Translations under genes and position numbers: made by a program
Notes under the pieces: model-generated
What the model saw: only the letters and a program-made list of their open reading frames with translations
Database searches by the model: none
Told to the model about the DNA's origin: nothing
Source: Malacoraja senta
Taxonomy: Eukaryota
NCBI GenBank assembly: GCA_038087875.1
Contig: CM075988.1
Location: forward strand, 21,268,001-21,332,000
Reading direction: 5' to 3'
DNA: 64,000 nucleotides
Shown here: positions 63,712 to 64,000 of the stretch, piece after piece
How positions within the stretch are numbered: position 1 is the stretch's first letter
Layout of the letters: each line of letters starts with the position of its first letter

Positions 63712-64000
63712 AGGGGCGGCACAGTGGCCCAGCGGTAGAGTTGCTGCCTTACAAAACCAGGACACAACTTCAAAGGGAAAATGACTACGGGCGTTGTCTG
63801 TGCGGAGTTTGCACGTTCTCCCCGTGATCTGCGTGGCTTTTCTCCGAGATCTTCGGTTTCCTCCCACACTCCAAAGGTTTGTAGGTTAATTGGCTTGGTA
63901 TGAATGTAAATTGTCCCTAGTGTGTGAAGGACAGTGTTAACGTGCGAGGATCGCTGGTCAGTGCACTATGGGCTGAAGGGCCTGTTCTGCGCTGTATCTC
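63712..64000 (+). mobile_element. V-SINE (HE1-like)
   Basis: Head, V-domain and tail running to the window end. Confidence 0.85.

Overview
This is repeat-dense eukaryotic DNA, intronic or intergenic. It is almost certainly from a cartilaginous fish and probably a skate or ray; that is inferred from HE1-like V-SINEs paired with HER1/CR1-type LINE tails. I recognise no intact host gene. The long ORFs in the track are LINE ORF2 C-termini, repeat translations or microsatellite artefacts. The window holds about 30 V-SINE copies or fragments, about 16 CR1 3' fragments, and L2, Rex1-like and Vingi-like fragments. It also has more than 20 short Penelope-derived (PLE) foldback elements carrying a hammerhead-ribozyme-like core, hAT, Harbinger and Tc1 DNA elements, microsatellites and two 200-N gaps. 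Only representative SINE, CR1 and PLE copies are listed individually. The most notable items are: (1) the PLE foldback family with its hammerhead-like motif and 13-15 bp TSDs; (2) a 16-copy 34-bp array amplified from that motif; (3) a ~650-bp inverted duplication ending at a PLE terminus; (4) a 152-bp local templated copy at an L2 5' junction; (5) a probable Harbinger Myb/SANT fossil; (6) one good-looking orphan exon. I cannot support a claim of a wholly new biological system. Family names come from motif recognition, not database searches, and repeat boundaries are approximate unless a TIR or TSD is cited.
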